Below are positions 42,999 to 52,881 of a stretch of DNA of 64,000 bases, piece after piece. The notes beneath the pieces are model-generated. The model searched no databases, was not told where the DNA came from, and worked only from the letters and a program-made list of their open reading frames with translations. Position numbers and translations under genes: made by a program. Numbering within the stretch: the stretch's first letter is position 1; every line of letters begins with the position of its first letter. The DNA comes from Aquabacterium sp. (GTDB lineage: Bacteria > Pseudomonadota > Gammaproteobacteria > Burkholderiales > Burkholderiaceae_C): assembly GCA_046295615.1 (NCBI GenBank), contig JBKBMV010000016.1:3703-67702 (forward strand), in the 5' to 3' direction.

Positions 42999-44363
42999 AT
43001 GGATCCAGTCAGCAGCCTGCTCCTGATCGCCGTCCTGATCGCGGCCAGCGCCTTCTTTTCCCTGACCGAATTGTCGGTGGCGGCATCGCGCCGCATCCGG
43101 CTCAAACAAATGGCCGACCAGGGTGACGCCCGAGCCTTGCATGTGATCGCCATCCAGGATGAACCTGGGGACTTTTTTACCGGTATGCAGATCGGCATGA
43201 ACGTGGTGGCCATCCTGGGTGGGGTGGTGGGTGAGGGGGCCTTCGCCCCCTTGATCGCACCCTGGCTGGCGGGCTGGCTGGCCACCGATCAGGTGTCCAC
43301 CATCAGCAGTGTGCTGTCGTTCGTGCTGGTGACCAGTCTGTTCGTGCTGCTGGCCGATTTGTTCCCCAAGCGGCTGGGCATGACCGCGCCCGAGCAGATC
43401 GCCGTGAAAGTGGTGGGACCCATGCACGGTTTGCTGGCCTTGGCCAAACCCGTGGTCTGGCTGTTCAAGCGCATGACGGATGGCTTGTTCAAACTGCTGG
43501 GCATCTCTGATCGGCGCGACGATGCCATCACCCCGGATGACATCCTGGCCATGGCCCAGGCCGGGGCGGACGCCGGGGTGCTGCGCGAGCGCGAGCACCT
43601 GGTGATCGAGAACGTGATGGAGTTGGAAAGCCGCGTGGTGACCATGGCCATGACGCCCCGCGATCGCGTGGTGCACCTGTTCATGGACGACAGCGAAGCG
43701 CTGATCCGCGCCAAGATCGACCAGCATCCGCACTCCACCTACCTGGTCTGCCAGGGCGACATCGACCACGTGGTGGGCTACCTGGATTCCAAAGACCTGC
43801 TCAACCGCATCATCAACAACCAGAGCATCAGCCTGCAGGCCGAGGGGCTGATCAAGAAGGCGCTGATCGTGCCTGACAGGCTCAACCTGTCAGAGATGCT
43901 GGGCCAGTTCCGTCAGGCCTACGAAGACTTTGCTGTGGTGGTGAACGAGTACGGACTGGTGGTTGGCATCATCACGCTGAACGACGTGATGAACACGGTG
44001 ATGGGCAGCCTGATAGCCCCGGTGGATGAAGACCTGATCGTGCAGCGTGATGCCGATTCATGGCTGATCGATGGCGTCACGCCCATTCCGGATGTGCTGC
44101 GTGCCCTGGATCTGGACAGCCTGCCTCAGCAGGACGAGTACGAAACCCTGGCGGGCTTCATGATGGTGATGCTGCGCCGCATCCCGAAGCGCACCGACAG
44201 CGTCACCCTCGGCGGTTATCGCTTTGAAGTGATGGACGTGGACAGCCACAAGATCGACCAGGTGATGGTCACGCGCCATCACGAGGGTCAGGATGTGTCG
44301 GAGGGAGAGGGTGCCCTGGCGACGCCCGACGCTCACATCGACGCCAGCAACAAGGCTCGGTAA
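42999..44363 (+). CDS. CNNM/HlyC-CorC family transporter (DUF21-CBS-CorC; YtfL-like)
   Basis: SAFFSLTELS, ADLFPK, MTPR, VVNEYG and YETLAGF motifs. Confidence 0.92.
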   Translation: MDPVSSLLLIAVLIAASAFFSLTELSVAASRRIRLKQMADQGDARALHVIAIQDEPGDFFTGMQIGMNVVAILGGVVGEGAFAPLIAPWLAGWLATDQVSTISSVLSFVLVTSLFVLLADLFPKRLGMTAPEQIAVKVVGPMHGLLALAKPVVWLFKRMTDGLFKLLGISDRRDDAITPDDILAMAQAGADAGVLREREHLVIENVMELESRVVTMAMTPRDRVVHLFMDDSEALIRAKIDQHPHSTYLVCQGDIDHVVGYLDSKDLLNRIINNQSISLQAEGLIKKALIVPDRLNLSEMLGQFRQAYEDFAVVVNEYGLVVGIITLNDVMNTVMGSLIAPVDEDLIVQRDADSWLIDGVTPIPDVLRALDLDSLPQQDEYETLAGFMMVMLRRIPKRTDSVTLGGYRFEVMDVDSHKIDQVMVTRHHEGQDVSEGEGALATPDAHIDASNKAR

Positions 44364-45469
44364 TCGTCTTCGGTGGCGATGCGCGGGTTGGTCTTGTGGC
44401 AATGGTCGGCCATCGCACCCTGGATGATCTTGTCAAACCAGTCGGTTTGAACGCCCATCTCGGCCAGGCCCTTGGGCAAGCCCAGTCTGGCGTTCAGGTC
44501 GCGCAGCGCCTGCGGGATGTCGGCGCCTGAACTCAAGCCCATCACCCGGGCCATACGCTCCAGGCGACGGTCTTTCTGCATCGATTCGGCCTGGGCATTG
44601 AAGCTCACCACGGCGGGCAGGAACATCGCGTTCAAGGTGCCATGGTGCAGTTTGGGGTTCACGCCACCCAGGCTGTGGCTGAGGCTGTGCACCGCGCCCA
44701 GCCCTTTCTGAAACGCCATGGCGCCCTGCATGGAGGCACTCATCATGTTCAGCCGTGCCTCGCGGTCGCTGCCATCGCGCGTGGCGCGCTCGATGTGGTG
44801 CCAGGCGCGTTCCAGGCCGTCCAGCGCAATGCCGTCGGCCGGCGGGTTGAAGGCCGGCGCCATGAAGGTTTCCATACAGTGGGCGATGGCATCCATGCCC
44901 GTGGCGGCCGTCAGGGCAGGCGGCAGGCCCAAGGTCAGATCCGGATCGCAGATGGCGGCCTTGGGCATCAGGTTCCACGAATGGAAGCCCAGCTTGCGGC
45001 CATCGTCCACGATGACGATGGCGCCCCGTGCGACCTCGCTGCCTGTGCCAGCCGTGGTGGGCACAGCAATCAACGGTGCCACCTTGGGGGTGATCTTGGT
45101 AGAGCCACCTTCAATCGTGGCGTAGGTTTTCAACGGGCCCTCGTGGGTGGCCATGATGGCCAGGCCTTTGGCCAGATCGATGCTGGAGCCGCCGCCCACG
45201 GCCACCAGGCCATCGCAGCGGCCAGCGTCCCAGGCCACCAGGGCAGCGCGTACCGAGGCTTCGGTCGGGTTGGGCGGGGTTTGATCAAACACCGTGACGG
45301 GCAGATCGCCCAAGGCATCCAGTGCGGGCTGCAACACGCCGGCGGCGCGCACGCCTGCATCTGTTACCACCAGTGGGCGCTGGATGCCTACCCGGGCGCA
45401 TTCGTCGGCCAGCAGGCGGATGGCGCCGTGTTCGAACTGGATCTGGGTCAGGTAAAGGATCGTGGCCAT
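44333..45469 (-). CDS. Iron-containing alcohol dehydrogenase
   Basis: GGGSSID, PTTAGTGSE, GMDAIAHCME, HSLSH and HHG motifs. Confidence 0.95.
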   Translation of the reverse strand: MATILYLTQIQFEHGAIRLLADECARVGIQRPLVVTDAGVRAAGVLQPALDALGDLPVTVFDQTPPNPTEASVRAALVAWDAGRCDGLVAVGGGSSIDLAKGLAIMATHEGPLKTYATIEGGSTKITPKVAPLIAVPTTAGTGSEVARGAIVIVDDGRKLGFHSWNLMPKAAICDPDLTLGLPPALTAATGMDAIAHCMETFMAPAFNPPADGIALDGLERAWHHIERATRDGSDREARLNMMSASMQGAMAFQKGLGAVHSLSHSLGGVNPKLHHGTLNAMFLPAVVSFNAQAESMQKDRRLERMARVMGLSSGADIPQALRDLNARLGLPKGLAEMGVQTDWFDKIIQGAMADHCHKTNPRIATEDDYRALLLASM

Positions 45470-45631
45470 GGTGTGAACGTGGGCTCCAGGAGCGTTTGCC
45501 GTGGTGATCCTCCTACTGTAACAACCCCACCCCGATCCTCGACGCCCCCCTCAAGTGAGGGAATCCCCGAGTTTGTCGAGGGTCTGTCGTGCCAAGACGC
45601 CTGCTCTGTCATACCATACGCACCCAAGCAT

Positions 45632-45645
45632 GAAACGAGCGTTTG
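45632..45645. promoter_or_regulatory. PsrA-type operator
   Basis: GAAAC-GAGC-GTTTG matches (G/C)AAAC-N4-GTTT(G/C); lies just after a TACCAT -10 element and upstream of the tetR gene. Confidence 0.7.
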
Positions 45646-45674
45646 AAACGTTCGTACCGAGGAGACGAGATCCC

Positions 45675-46448
45675 ATGGCCAGCGCCGGCGCACGCCTGTC
45701 ACCTGCAGACACCAAAACCCGCATCCTGGATGCGGCGGAGTCGCTGTTTGTGCAAGGGGGCTTCGAGTCCATGTCCATGCGCCAGATCACCAGCGCTGCA
45801 GGCGTCAATCTGGCCGCGGCCAATTACCACTTTGGCAGCAAAGACGCGCTGATCCAGGCTGTGCTCGCGCGCCAGCTGGACCCCCTCAACGAGCACCGGC
45901 TCACGATGTTGGACGCGCTGGAAAAGCACCTGGGCGAGCGCATGAAGTGCGAGCACGTGCTGGTGGCCATGTTTTTGCCGGCTGTGCGCATGGGTCGTGG
46001 CCAGTCTGAGGCAGCGCGCCGCTACCTGCATTTTCTGGGGCGGGCGTACACGGATCCGTCGCCCGTGGTGCGCGAGTTCATCGACACGCATTACGTGCAA
46101 ACCTTGGCGCGCTTTTTTTTCGCGTTTCAGCGCACTTTGCCCGACCTGACCCGTGAAGACCTGGGCTTCAGGCTGAACTTCGCCATGGGCGCTCTGGCCG
46201 GTGTGCTGGCTGGCGGCAATACCCAGCGCCTGATCCGCGAGTTCACGCAAGGGCAGGGCGATCACGAAGCCATGATCCTGTCGCGCCTGGTGTCGCTCAT
46301 GGTGGCCGCCTTGCGCGCGCCATTGCCGGGGCCCCAAGAAACTCATCTCATCGACGAGATCGTGCAACTGCCGGGCATGGCCACCTTGGGGCTACGGCCC
46401 GACGATGAGGCCATCGATCCGGCTGAGCCCGCCTCATTGACCACCTGA
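45675..46448 (+). CDS. TetR family regulator, PsrA-like (fatty acid metabolism)
   Basis: RILDAAESLF...RQITSAAGVNLAAANYHFGSKDALIQAV, close to the PsrA N-terminus. Confidence 0.88.
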   Translation: MASAGARLSPADTKTRILDAAESLFVQGGFESMSMRQITSAAGVNLAAANYHFGSKDALIQAVLARQLDPLNEHRLTMLDALEKHLGERMKCEHVLVAMFLPAVRMGRGQSEAARRYLHFLGRAYTDPSPVVREFIDTHYVQTLARFFFAFQRTLPDLTREDLGFRLNFAMGALAGVLAGGNTQRLIREFTQGQGDHEAMILSRLVSLMVAALRAPLPGPQETHLIDEIVQLPGMATLGLRPDDEAIDPAEPASLTT

Positions 46449-46539
46449 TTTGCCGTGTGATGCCGATGGGCATCACGTTTGTTCCACCGGGTCGCCGGCA
46501 CTGTTCACGTCCACGGCCCAGATACATTGAGAGAGACGC

Positions 46540-47949
46540 ATGAAAGACGGTTACCTGGACTTCGCCAACTCGCCCGTGGGCGCCAAGCTCATCAATGCCT
46601 TGGGCCTGCCCAAGCCCATGCCCCTGGAGCGCTACAAGCCCGGTCAACCTGTCATCAAGGGCACGGTGTTGCTCGGCGGCGGTGGTGAACCCCAGTTGTT
46701 GCCCACCCTGGCGTCGATTTTCAAGAATCTCGGCGCACAGACCCTGGTGCATGAGCGCCTGCCTCAATGGGTGGCGGTAGCCAATCAGGCAGGCCTGACC
46801 ACCGGCCGCTGGGGTGGCAATGGTCAGCCGGGCGAGAAGGTGAAGGCCCTGGTGTTCGACGCCACGGGCCTGGAAGACAGCACTCAATCGGATGCACTGT
46901 ACTGGTTCTTCCACGATGCCGCTCGCTCCTTGCTGCCCTGTGGCCGCGTGGTGGTCATCGGCCGCCCGCCCGAAGGTTGCGCATCGCACCGTAAGGCCAC
47001 CGTCCAGCGCTCGCTGGAGGGCTTGACCCGTTCGCTGGGCAAGGAGCTCAAGAAGGGCAGCAATGCTCAGCTCGTGTACGTGGCCGAGGGGGCCGAAGGC
47101 AACCTTGAATCCACCTTGCGCTTCCTGCTGTCGCCCAAGTCGGCCTATGTGTCGGGGCAGGTGATCCGCGTCGGTCAATCCGTGGGCAGCCTGGTCACGC
47201 CGGCCGACTGGAACCTGCCTCTGGCGGGCAAGAAAGTGCTGGTCACGGGTGCATCGCGGGGCATTGGCGAGGCCATCGCCGAGGTCATGGTGCGTGATGG
47301 TGCACAGGTGATTTGCCTGGACGTGCCGCAGGCCCAGGCCCCGCTGGAAGCCGTGGCCAAGCGTCTGGGCGGTAAGGCCATTGCCCTGGACATTGGCTCC
47401 GCCGATGCACCCGCCAAACTGGTGGAGGCCGCCAAGGCCGATGGTGGCTGGGATGTGATCGTGCACAACGCCGGCATCACCCGTGACAAAACCATCGCCA
47501 ACATGAAAGAGCACCTGTGGCAGTTGACGGTCAACGTCAATCTGTCCACCCAGGAACGCATCAACGAAGCCCTGCTCGAGAGCGGTGCCCTCAACGCCGG
47601 TGGTCGCATTGTGTGCGTGTCGTCCATTTCGGGCATCGCGGGCAACATGGGCCAAACCAACTACGCGCTGTCCAAGGCCGGCGTGATTGGCATGGTGCAG
47701 TCAACCGCCCCGATCTTTGCTGCCAAGGGCATCACCATCAACGCTGTGGCGCCCGGGTTCATCGAAACGCAGATGACGGCGGCCATTCCCTTTGCCATCC
47801 GCGAAGCCGGTCGCCGCATGAACTCCATGAGCCAAGGTGGTCAGCCGGTGGATGTGGCCGAAGCCATTGCCTGGTTTGCCAGCCCCGCGTCCAGCGGGCT
47901 GACCGGCAACGTGATTCGTGTGTGTGGTCAGAGCCTGATCGGCGCATGA
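46540..47949 (+). CDS. High-molecular-weight 3-oxoacyl reductase (FabG4-like)
   Basis: Extra N-terminal domain plus SDR domain with TGASRGIG, HNAGITRDK and NYALSK. Confidence 0.92.
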   Translation: MKDGYLDFANSPVGAKLINALGLPKPMPLERYKPGQPVIKGTVLLGGGGEPQLLPTLASIFKNLGAQTLVHERLPQWVAVANQAGLTTGRWGGNGQPGEKVKALVFDATGLEDSTQSDALYWFFHDAARSLLPCGRVVVIGRPPEGCASHRKATVQRSLEGLTRSLGKELKKGSNAQLVYVAEGAEGNLESTLRFLLSPKSAYVSGQVIRVGQSVGSLVTPADWNLPLAGKKVLVTGASRGIGEAIAEVMVRDGAQVICLDVPQAQAPLEAVAKRLGGKAIALDIGSADAPAKLVEAAKADGGWDVIVHNAGITRDKTIANMKEHLWQLTVNVNLSTQERINEALLESGALNAGGRIVCVSSISGIAGNMGQTNYALSKAGVIGMVQSTAPIFAAKGITINAVAPGFIETQMTAAIPFAIREAGRRMNSMSQGGQPVDVAEAIAWFASPASSGLTGNVIRVCGQSLIGA

Positions 47950-47965
47950 GCTAGGCCGCGACCCC

Positions 47966-48826
47966 ATGAAGACGATCACCGTTCACAAACTGCCCAGCTC
48001 GATCTCGTTGAGCCTGGGGGCCTTGCGCTCCAGCAGCAAGAAGAACGTTGCTGTCGATGCGCTGCCTGAGGTCACGTATGTGCGGCCCCAGGTGCAGATC
48101 AATGGCAAGCACGTGGCTGCTTACTCGCGGGTGTGTGGTTTCACGCAGGCACACGGCGTGCCCATCACCTATCTGTTCACGCAGGTGTTTCCGCTGGCCA
48201 TGATGCTGTTTGGCAGCAAGGTATGCCCCTGGCCAGCCATGGGCATCGTGCACCTGTCCAACCGCATCCAGCAACTCGCGCGGCTGGAAGTGGGCGACAC
48301 TTTGCGCCTGGAGATGAGCACGGGCGCCCTGTCGGCCCATGACAAGGGTCAAGTGTTCATGCTGCACTTCAGAGCCTATCGAGGCGACCAGCTGGTGTGG
48401 GTCAATGACATGACCGCGCTGCGCATGGGTGTACGCAATCCGCGTGGGCCCAAGTACGAGAGCCAGCTCAACGACGCCCCCCCCTTGTCGCATCAGGCCG
48501 ATTTCTTTGCCGCCGCGGGCATCGGGCGGCGCTATGGCCGGGTATCGGGCGACATCAACCCCATCCACCTCACCGCGCTGACCGCCAAACTGCTGGGCTT
48601 CCGCAAAGCCATCGCCCACGGCATGTGGACCAAGGCCCGTGCGCTGGCCACCCTCATGCCGCGTGAGGCGGTCAGCCAAGCCGAGGTGATTGTCGATTTC
48701 AAGACCCCCCTGTTCTTGCCCGCCAAGGCATCACTGTGGAGCGCCCGCCAGGAGCACGGCGCCACCTTCGAGGTGCGCAATGCCAAAGGCGACAAGCCTC
48801 ATCTGCGCGGGCGCGTGATCTGCTGA
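47966..48826 (+). CDS. MaoC-type double-hotdog (R)-specific dehydratase/hydratase (HtdX-like)
   Basis: Hydratase-2 motif SGDINPIH...IAHGMW. Confidence 0.9.
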   Translation: MKTITVHKLPSSISLSLGALRSSSKKNVAVDALPEVTYVRPQVQINGKHVAAYSRVCGFTQAHGVPITYLFTQVFPLAMMLFGSKVCPWPAMGIVHLSNRIQQLARLEVGDTLRLEMSTGALSAHDKGQVFMLHFRAYRGDQLVWVNDMTALRMGVRNPRGPKYESQLNDAPPLSHQADFFAAAGIGRRYGRVSGDINPIHLTALTAKLLGFRKAIAHGMWTKARALATLMPREAVSQAEVIVDFKTPLFLPAKASLWSARQEHGATFEVRNAKGDKPHLRGRVIC

Positions 48827-48877
48827 ACACGCCGAGCACCTTCACACCAACACCAACATCTACACAAGGACACCCAC

Positions 48878-50170
48878 ATGAACACCATCCGCCGCGTGGC
48901 CATCATCGGGGGCAACCGCATTCCCTTTGCCCGTTCCAACACTGTCTACTCGCACGTGTCCAACCAGGACATGCTGACGGCCACCTTGCAAGGTCTGGTC
49001 GATCGCTTCAACCTGCACGGCCAGCGCCTGGGCGATGTGGCCGCGGGTGCGGTGATGAAACACTCACGTGATTTCAACCTGGTGCGCGAATCGGTGTTGT
49101 CGACCACCTTGTCGCCCCAGACCCCGGCGTATGACCTGCAGCAGGCTTGTGGTACGGGCCTGGAAGCGGTCATGCTGGTGGCCAACAAGATCGCGCTCGG
49201 TCACATCGAGTGCGGCATTGGCGGTGGCGTGGACACCACCTCGGACGCGCCCATTGGCGTGAACGAGAAGATGCGCAAGATCCTGCTGGAAGCCAACCGG
49301 GGCAAGTCCACCGGCGAGCAGCTCAAGACCCTGGCCAAGATCCGGCCCTCGATGCTGGTCAAGCCTGCCATTCCCAAGAACGGCGAGCCCCGCACTGGCT
49401 ACTCAATGGGCGAGCATGCCGAGTTGATGGCGCGCGAGTGGGGCATCCCCCGTGAAGAGCAAGATCAACTGGCGCTCCTGTCACACCAGAACATGGCCCG
49501 CGCCTACAAAGAAGGCTTCTTCGCCGACCTGATGACCCCCTTCAAGGGCGTGAGCAAGGACAACAACCTGCGCGAAGGCCTGACCATCGAGAAGCTGCGT
49601 TCGCTCAAGCCGTGCTTTGACAAGAGGATCGCGCCCGGCCAGGGCACCCTGACCCCGGGTAACTCGACCCCGCTGACCGACGGCGCCTCGGCCGTGTTGC
49701 TGGGCTCCGAGGAATGGGCCAAGGCCAACAACCTGCCGGTGCTGGCCTACATCACCTTCAGCGAAGTGGCGGCGGTGGACTTCTTCGGCCCCGAGAAGGA
49801 AGGCCTGCTGATGGCGCCAGCCTACGCCGTGCCGCGCATGCTGGCCCGTGCTGGCATCAGCCTGCAAGACTTCGACTTCTATGAGATCCACGAAGCGTTT
49901 GCCGCCCAGGTGCTGTGCACGCTGAAGGCCTGGGAAGACGCCAAGTACTGCAAGAACAAGCTGGGCCTGGACAAGCCGCTGGGCTCGATCGACCGCAGCA
50001 AGCTGAACGTCAATGGCTCGTCACTGGCGGCGGGCCATCCGTTCGCGGCCACGGGTGGTCGCATCGTGGCCTCACTGGCCAAGATGCTGGCTCAGAAGGG
50101 CTCGGGCCGTGGCCTGATCTCCATCTGTGCCGCCGGCGGTCAGGGCGTGGTGGCCATCCTGGAACGCTGA
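48878..50170 (+). CDS. Acetyl-CoA C-acyltransferase (FadA2-like thiolase)
   Basis: QQACGTG, HEAF, GHPFAATG and CAAGGQG motifs. Confidence 0.94.
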   Translation: MNTIRRVAIIGGNRIPFARSNTVYSHVSNQDMLTATLQGLVDRFNLHGQRLGDVAAGAVMKHSRDFNLVRESVLSTTLSPQTPAYDLQQACGTGLEAVMLVANKIALGHIECGIGGGVDTTSDAPIGVNEKMRKILLEANRGKSTGEQLKTLAKIRPSMLVKPAIPKNGEPRTGYSMGEHAELMAREWGIPREEQDQLALLSHQNMARAYKEGFFADLMTPFKGVSKDNNLREGLTIEKLRSLKPCFDKRIAPGQGTLTPGNSTPLTDGASAVLLGSEEWAKANNLPVLAYITFSEVAAVDFFGPEKEGLLMAPAYAVPRMLARAGISLQDFDFYEIHEAFAAQVLCTLKAWEDAKYCKNKLGLDKPLGSIDRSKLNVNGSSLAAGHPFAATGGRIVASLAKMLAQKGSGRGLISICAAGGQGVVAILER

Positions 50171-50177
50171 GCGGTTT

Positions 50178-50208
50178 CACCCTGCGCAGCGTGAGGGTGC
50201 GCAGGGTT
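50178..50208 (+). other. Intergenic stem-loop between thiolase and fadD
   Basis: ACCCTGCGCA-N9-TGCGCAGGGT inverted repeat with only a weak T tail. Confidence 0.55.
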
Positions 50209-50276
50209 GTTAGACTCGGAATTTGAGACAAACAACCGGTGCACGTGGAGTTGCCACCGGTACACGAGGAGATCTG

Positions 50277-52013
50277 ATGAGCCAAACCGCTGCCGTTCAA
50301 CCGGGCATGTCCATCGTCAATCCTGACGGAACCACCAACCGCATCTGGTTGTCGTCTTATGTCAAGGGTGTGCCCCACGACATCGACGCCAACAAGTACC
50401 GTTCGCTGGGGCAGTACTTCGACGAGTGCATCAATAAGTTCCGTCATCGGCCCGGCTTCGTCAGCATCGGCACCGAGATGAGCAACGATCGCCTGGATCG
50501 GCTCGTCAACGCGTTCGCAGCCTGGCTGCAAAGCCAGGGTGTCAAGAAGGGTGACCGGGTGGCCATCATGCTGCCCAACACCTTCCAGTACCCCGTGTGT
50601 TTGTTTGCCGTGCTCAAGCTGGGCGCGGTGGTGGTGAACATCAACCCCCTCTACACCGCCCGTGAGTTGGCCCACGCCCTCAACGACAGTGGTGCTGAAA
50701 CCATCATCGTGATGGAAACCTTCGCCAAGACGCTGCAAGAGGCGATGGCAGGCTCCAAGCTCAAGCGCATCGTGCTGACCCAGATCGGCGATCTGCTGTC
50801 GGATGGCGTGATCAACGCCAAGGGCCGACTGCTGAACTTTGTGTTGAAGAACGTGCAAAAGATGGTGCCGGCCTACAGCCTGCCCGGTGCGTTCTGGATG
50901 CGCAGTGTGTTGAAGGAAGGAGCCCGCCTGAAGTTCAAGGCCGCCGATGTGACGCCGGACGATCTGGCCTTCCTGCAGTACACCGGCGGCACCACCGGGG
51001 TTTCCAAGGGCGCCATGCTGACCCACCGCAACGTGCTGGCCAACTGCCAGCAGGCGCTGGCGTTCGCCGAAGGCCAGTTGACGGATGAAACCGAGACCGT
51101 GGTCACGCTCATTCCGATGTACCACATCTTCTCCCTGACGGTGAACTGCCTGATCTTCATGGCCCTGGGCGGTCGCAACATCCTGGTGGCGAACCCGCGC
51201 GACACCAAACGCGTGATGATGATCCTGAAGAAGGAGCGCTTCTCGGGCATCACAGGCGTGAACACGCTGTTTGCGTCGTTCCTGGAAGACCCCGCCTTTG
51301 CCAAGCTCGACTTCTCCAAGCTGAAGTTGCCCATCGCCGGCGGCATGGCCTTGATGCGCAGCACTGCCGAGCGCTGGAACCAGGTCACCGGTTGCCCGAT
51401 CGTGGAAGGCTACGGCCTGACCGAGTGCTCGCCCATCGTGTCCCAAGCCCCGGTGGACCTGAGCAAGCCTCGCCCGGTCTTCACCGGCTCCATCGGTGTG
51501 CCTGTGCCCTCCACCGAGGTGCGCATACGTCGCGATGACGGCAGCTGGGCCAACATCGGCGAGCCGGGTGAACTGTGCGTGCGCGGCCCGCAGGTGATGA
51601 AGGGCTACTGGAACCGTCCTGAAGAAACCGCCAAGGTCATCGACAGCGAAGGCTGGCTGGCCACGGGCGACATCGCGGTGATGGATGAGAAGGGCTTCCT
51701 GAAGATCGTGGACCGCAAGAAAGACATGATCCTGGTGTCGGGCTTCAACGTCTACCCCAACGAGATCGAAGACGTGGTGGCCATGCACCCCGACGTCAAG
51801 GAGGTGGCCGCCGTGGGTGTGCCGGATGAGGTGGCTGGTGAGCGCGTGAAGGTCATCGTCGTACCGCGCAATCCTGGCCTGACCAAGGAAGCGATCATCG
51901 AGCACTGCCGCAAGAACCTGACGGGCTACAAGATCCCGCGCATCGTCGAGTTCCGCACCGAAGAGCTGCCCAAGACCCCGGTGGGCAAGATCCTGCGCCG
52001 CGAACTGCGCTGA
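50277..52013 (+). CDS. fadD: Long-chain fatty acid--CoA ligase
   Basis: YTGGTTGVSKG, EGYGLTE, GWLATGD and PKTPVGK motifs. Confidence 0.93.
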   Translation: MSQTAAVQPGMSIVNPDGTTNRIWLSSYVKGVPHDIDANKYRSLGQYFDECINKFRHRPGFVSIGTEMSNDRLDRLVNAFAAWLQSQGVKKGDRVAIMLPNTFQYPVCLFAVLKLGAVVVNINPLYTARELAHALNDSGAETIIVMETFAKTLQEAMAGSKLKRIVLTQIGDLLSDGVINAKGRLLNFVLKNVQKMVPAYSLPGAFWMRSVLKEGARLKFKAADVTPDDLAFLQYTGGTTGVSKGAMLTHRNVLANCQQALAFAEGQLTDETETVVTLIPMYHIFSLTVNCLIFMALGGRNILVANPRDTKRVMMILKKERFSGITGVNTLFASFLEDPAFAKLDFSKLKLPIAGGMALMRSTAERWNQVTGCPIVEGYGLTECSPIVSQAPVDLSKPRPVFTGSIGVPVPSTEVRIRRDDGSWANIGEPGELCVRGPQVMKGYWNRPEETAKVIDSEGWLATGDIAVMDEKGFLKIVDRKKDMILVSGFNVYPNEIEDVVAMHPDVKEVAAVGVPDEVAGERVKVIVVPRNPGLTKEAIIEHCRKNLTGYKIPRIVEFRTEELPKTPVGKILRRELR

Positions 52014-52029
52014 TCAAGGGCGCTGCGGC

Positions 52030-52881
52030 ATGTCGTTTCGCTTTCAGCACCGCCTTCGGGTTCGGTGGGCGGAGGTGGATGCCCAGAAGGTGGTCTTCAA
52101 CGGGCATTACCTCACCTACCTGGACGTGGCCGCCACCGAATACTGGCGCCACGCCGGCTTGCCGTACCCCGACCCGTGGCGTGCGCTGAACAGCGACATT
52201 TACGTGCGGCGCAACGCGCTGAACTATCACGCCCCCGCCTTGCTGGACGACCGTCTGGCCATCGGGGTGCGCCTGCAGGCGCTGGGCAACACTTCATTGA
52301 CCTTGGCCTGGGAGGTGCGCCGTGATGGCCTGCTGCTGGTGGATGGAGAAGTGGTTTATGTCTGTGTGAACTTGGAGTGCGGGCGCCCCCATCCCGTGCC
52401 CGCTGAGGCACGCCAGCAGCTGGAGGCGTTCGAGGCCGGCCAGCCCGTCTGGCTGGATGCGGTGGGCGATTGGTCGGCCGTGGGCGGTGCGGCGGCCGAG
52501 GTGCGCCGGCAGGTCTTCATTCAAGAGCAGGGCATTGCCGAGGCGGACGAGTGGGACGAGGATGACGCCCGGGCCTGGCATGTGGTGGTTCACAACCTGT
52601 CAGGCTGGCCGGCCGCGACGGGCCGCCTGATCCCGGGTGAGCACCCGTCTGAGGCGCGCGTTGGTCGCATGGCAGTGCAACGCTGCGCTCGTGGCATTGG
52701 CCTGGGCCGCCGGGTACTGGACACGCTCATTGAGTTGGCACGGCAGCAGGGGCGCCCTCGCCTGAGCCTTCATGCCCAGTTGAGCGCCCAACCGCTATAT
52801 GCCGCAGCAGGCTTTGAGCCTGTCGGAGAGGTCTTTGACGAGGTGGGCATTCCCCACCAGAAAATGGTGCTCACGCTTTGA
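52030..52881 (+). CDS. YbgC/FadM-family acyl-CoA thioesterase fused to a GNAT (ElaA/YjcF-like) domain
   Basis: RVRWAEVDAQKVVFNGHY followed by RRQVFIQEQ, VGRMAV, RGIGLG, LHAQ and FDEVGIPH. Confidence 0.9.
   Translation: MSFRFQHRLRVRWAEVDAQKVVFNGHYLTYLDVAATEYWRHAGLPYPDPWRALNSDIYVRRNALNYHAPALLDDRLAIGVRLQALGNTSLTLAWEVRRDGLLLVDGEVVYVCVNLECGRPHPVPAEARQQLEAFEAGQPVWLDAVGDWSAVGGAAAEVRRQVFIQEQGIAEADEWDEDDARAWHVVVHNLSGWPAATGRLIPGEHPSEARVGRMAVQRCARGIGLGRRVLDTLIELARQQGRPRLSLHAQLSAQPLYAAAGFEPVGEVFDEVGIPHQKMVLTL

Noticed and set aside
39462-43769. 1435-aa 'giant' ATPase ORF
   Set aside because: Only the last ~790 aa are the ATPase; the rest is stop-free antisense of the patatin and CNNM genes.
44333-44363. 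31-bp convergent overlap of the CNNM and ADH genes
   Set aside because: Common tail-to-tail overlap with no evidence of function.
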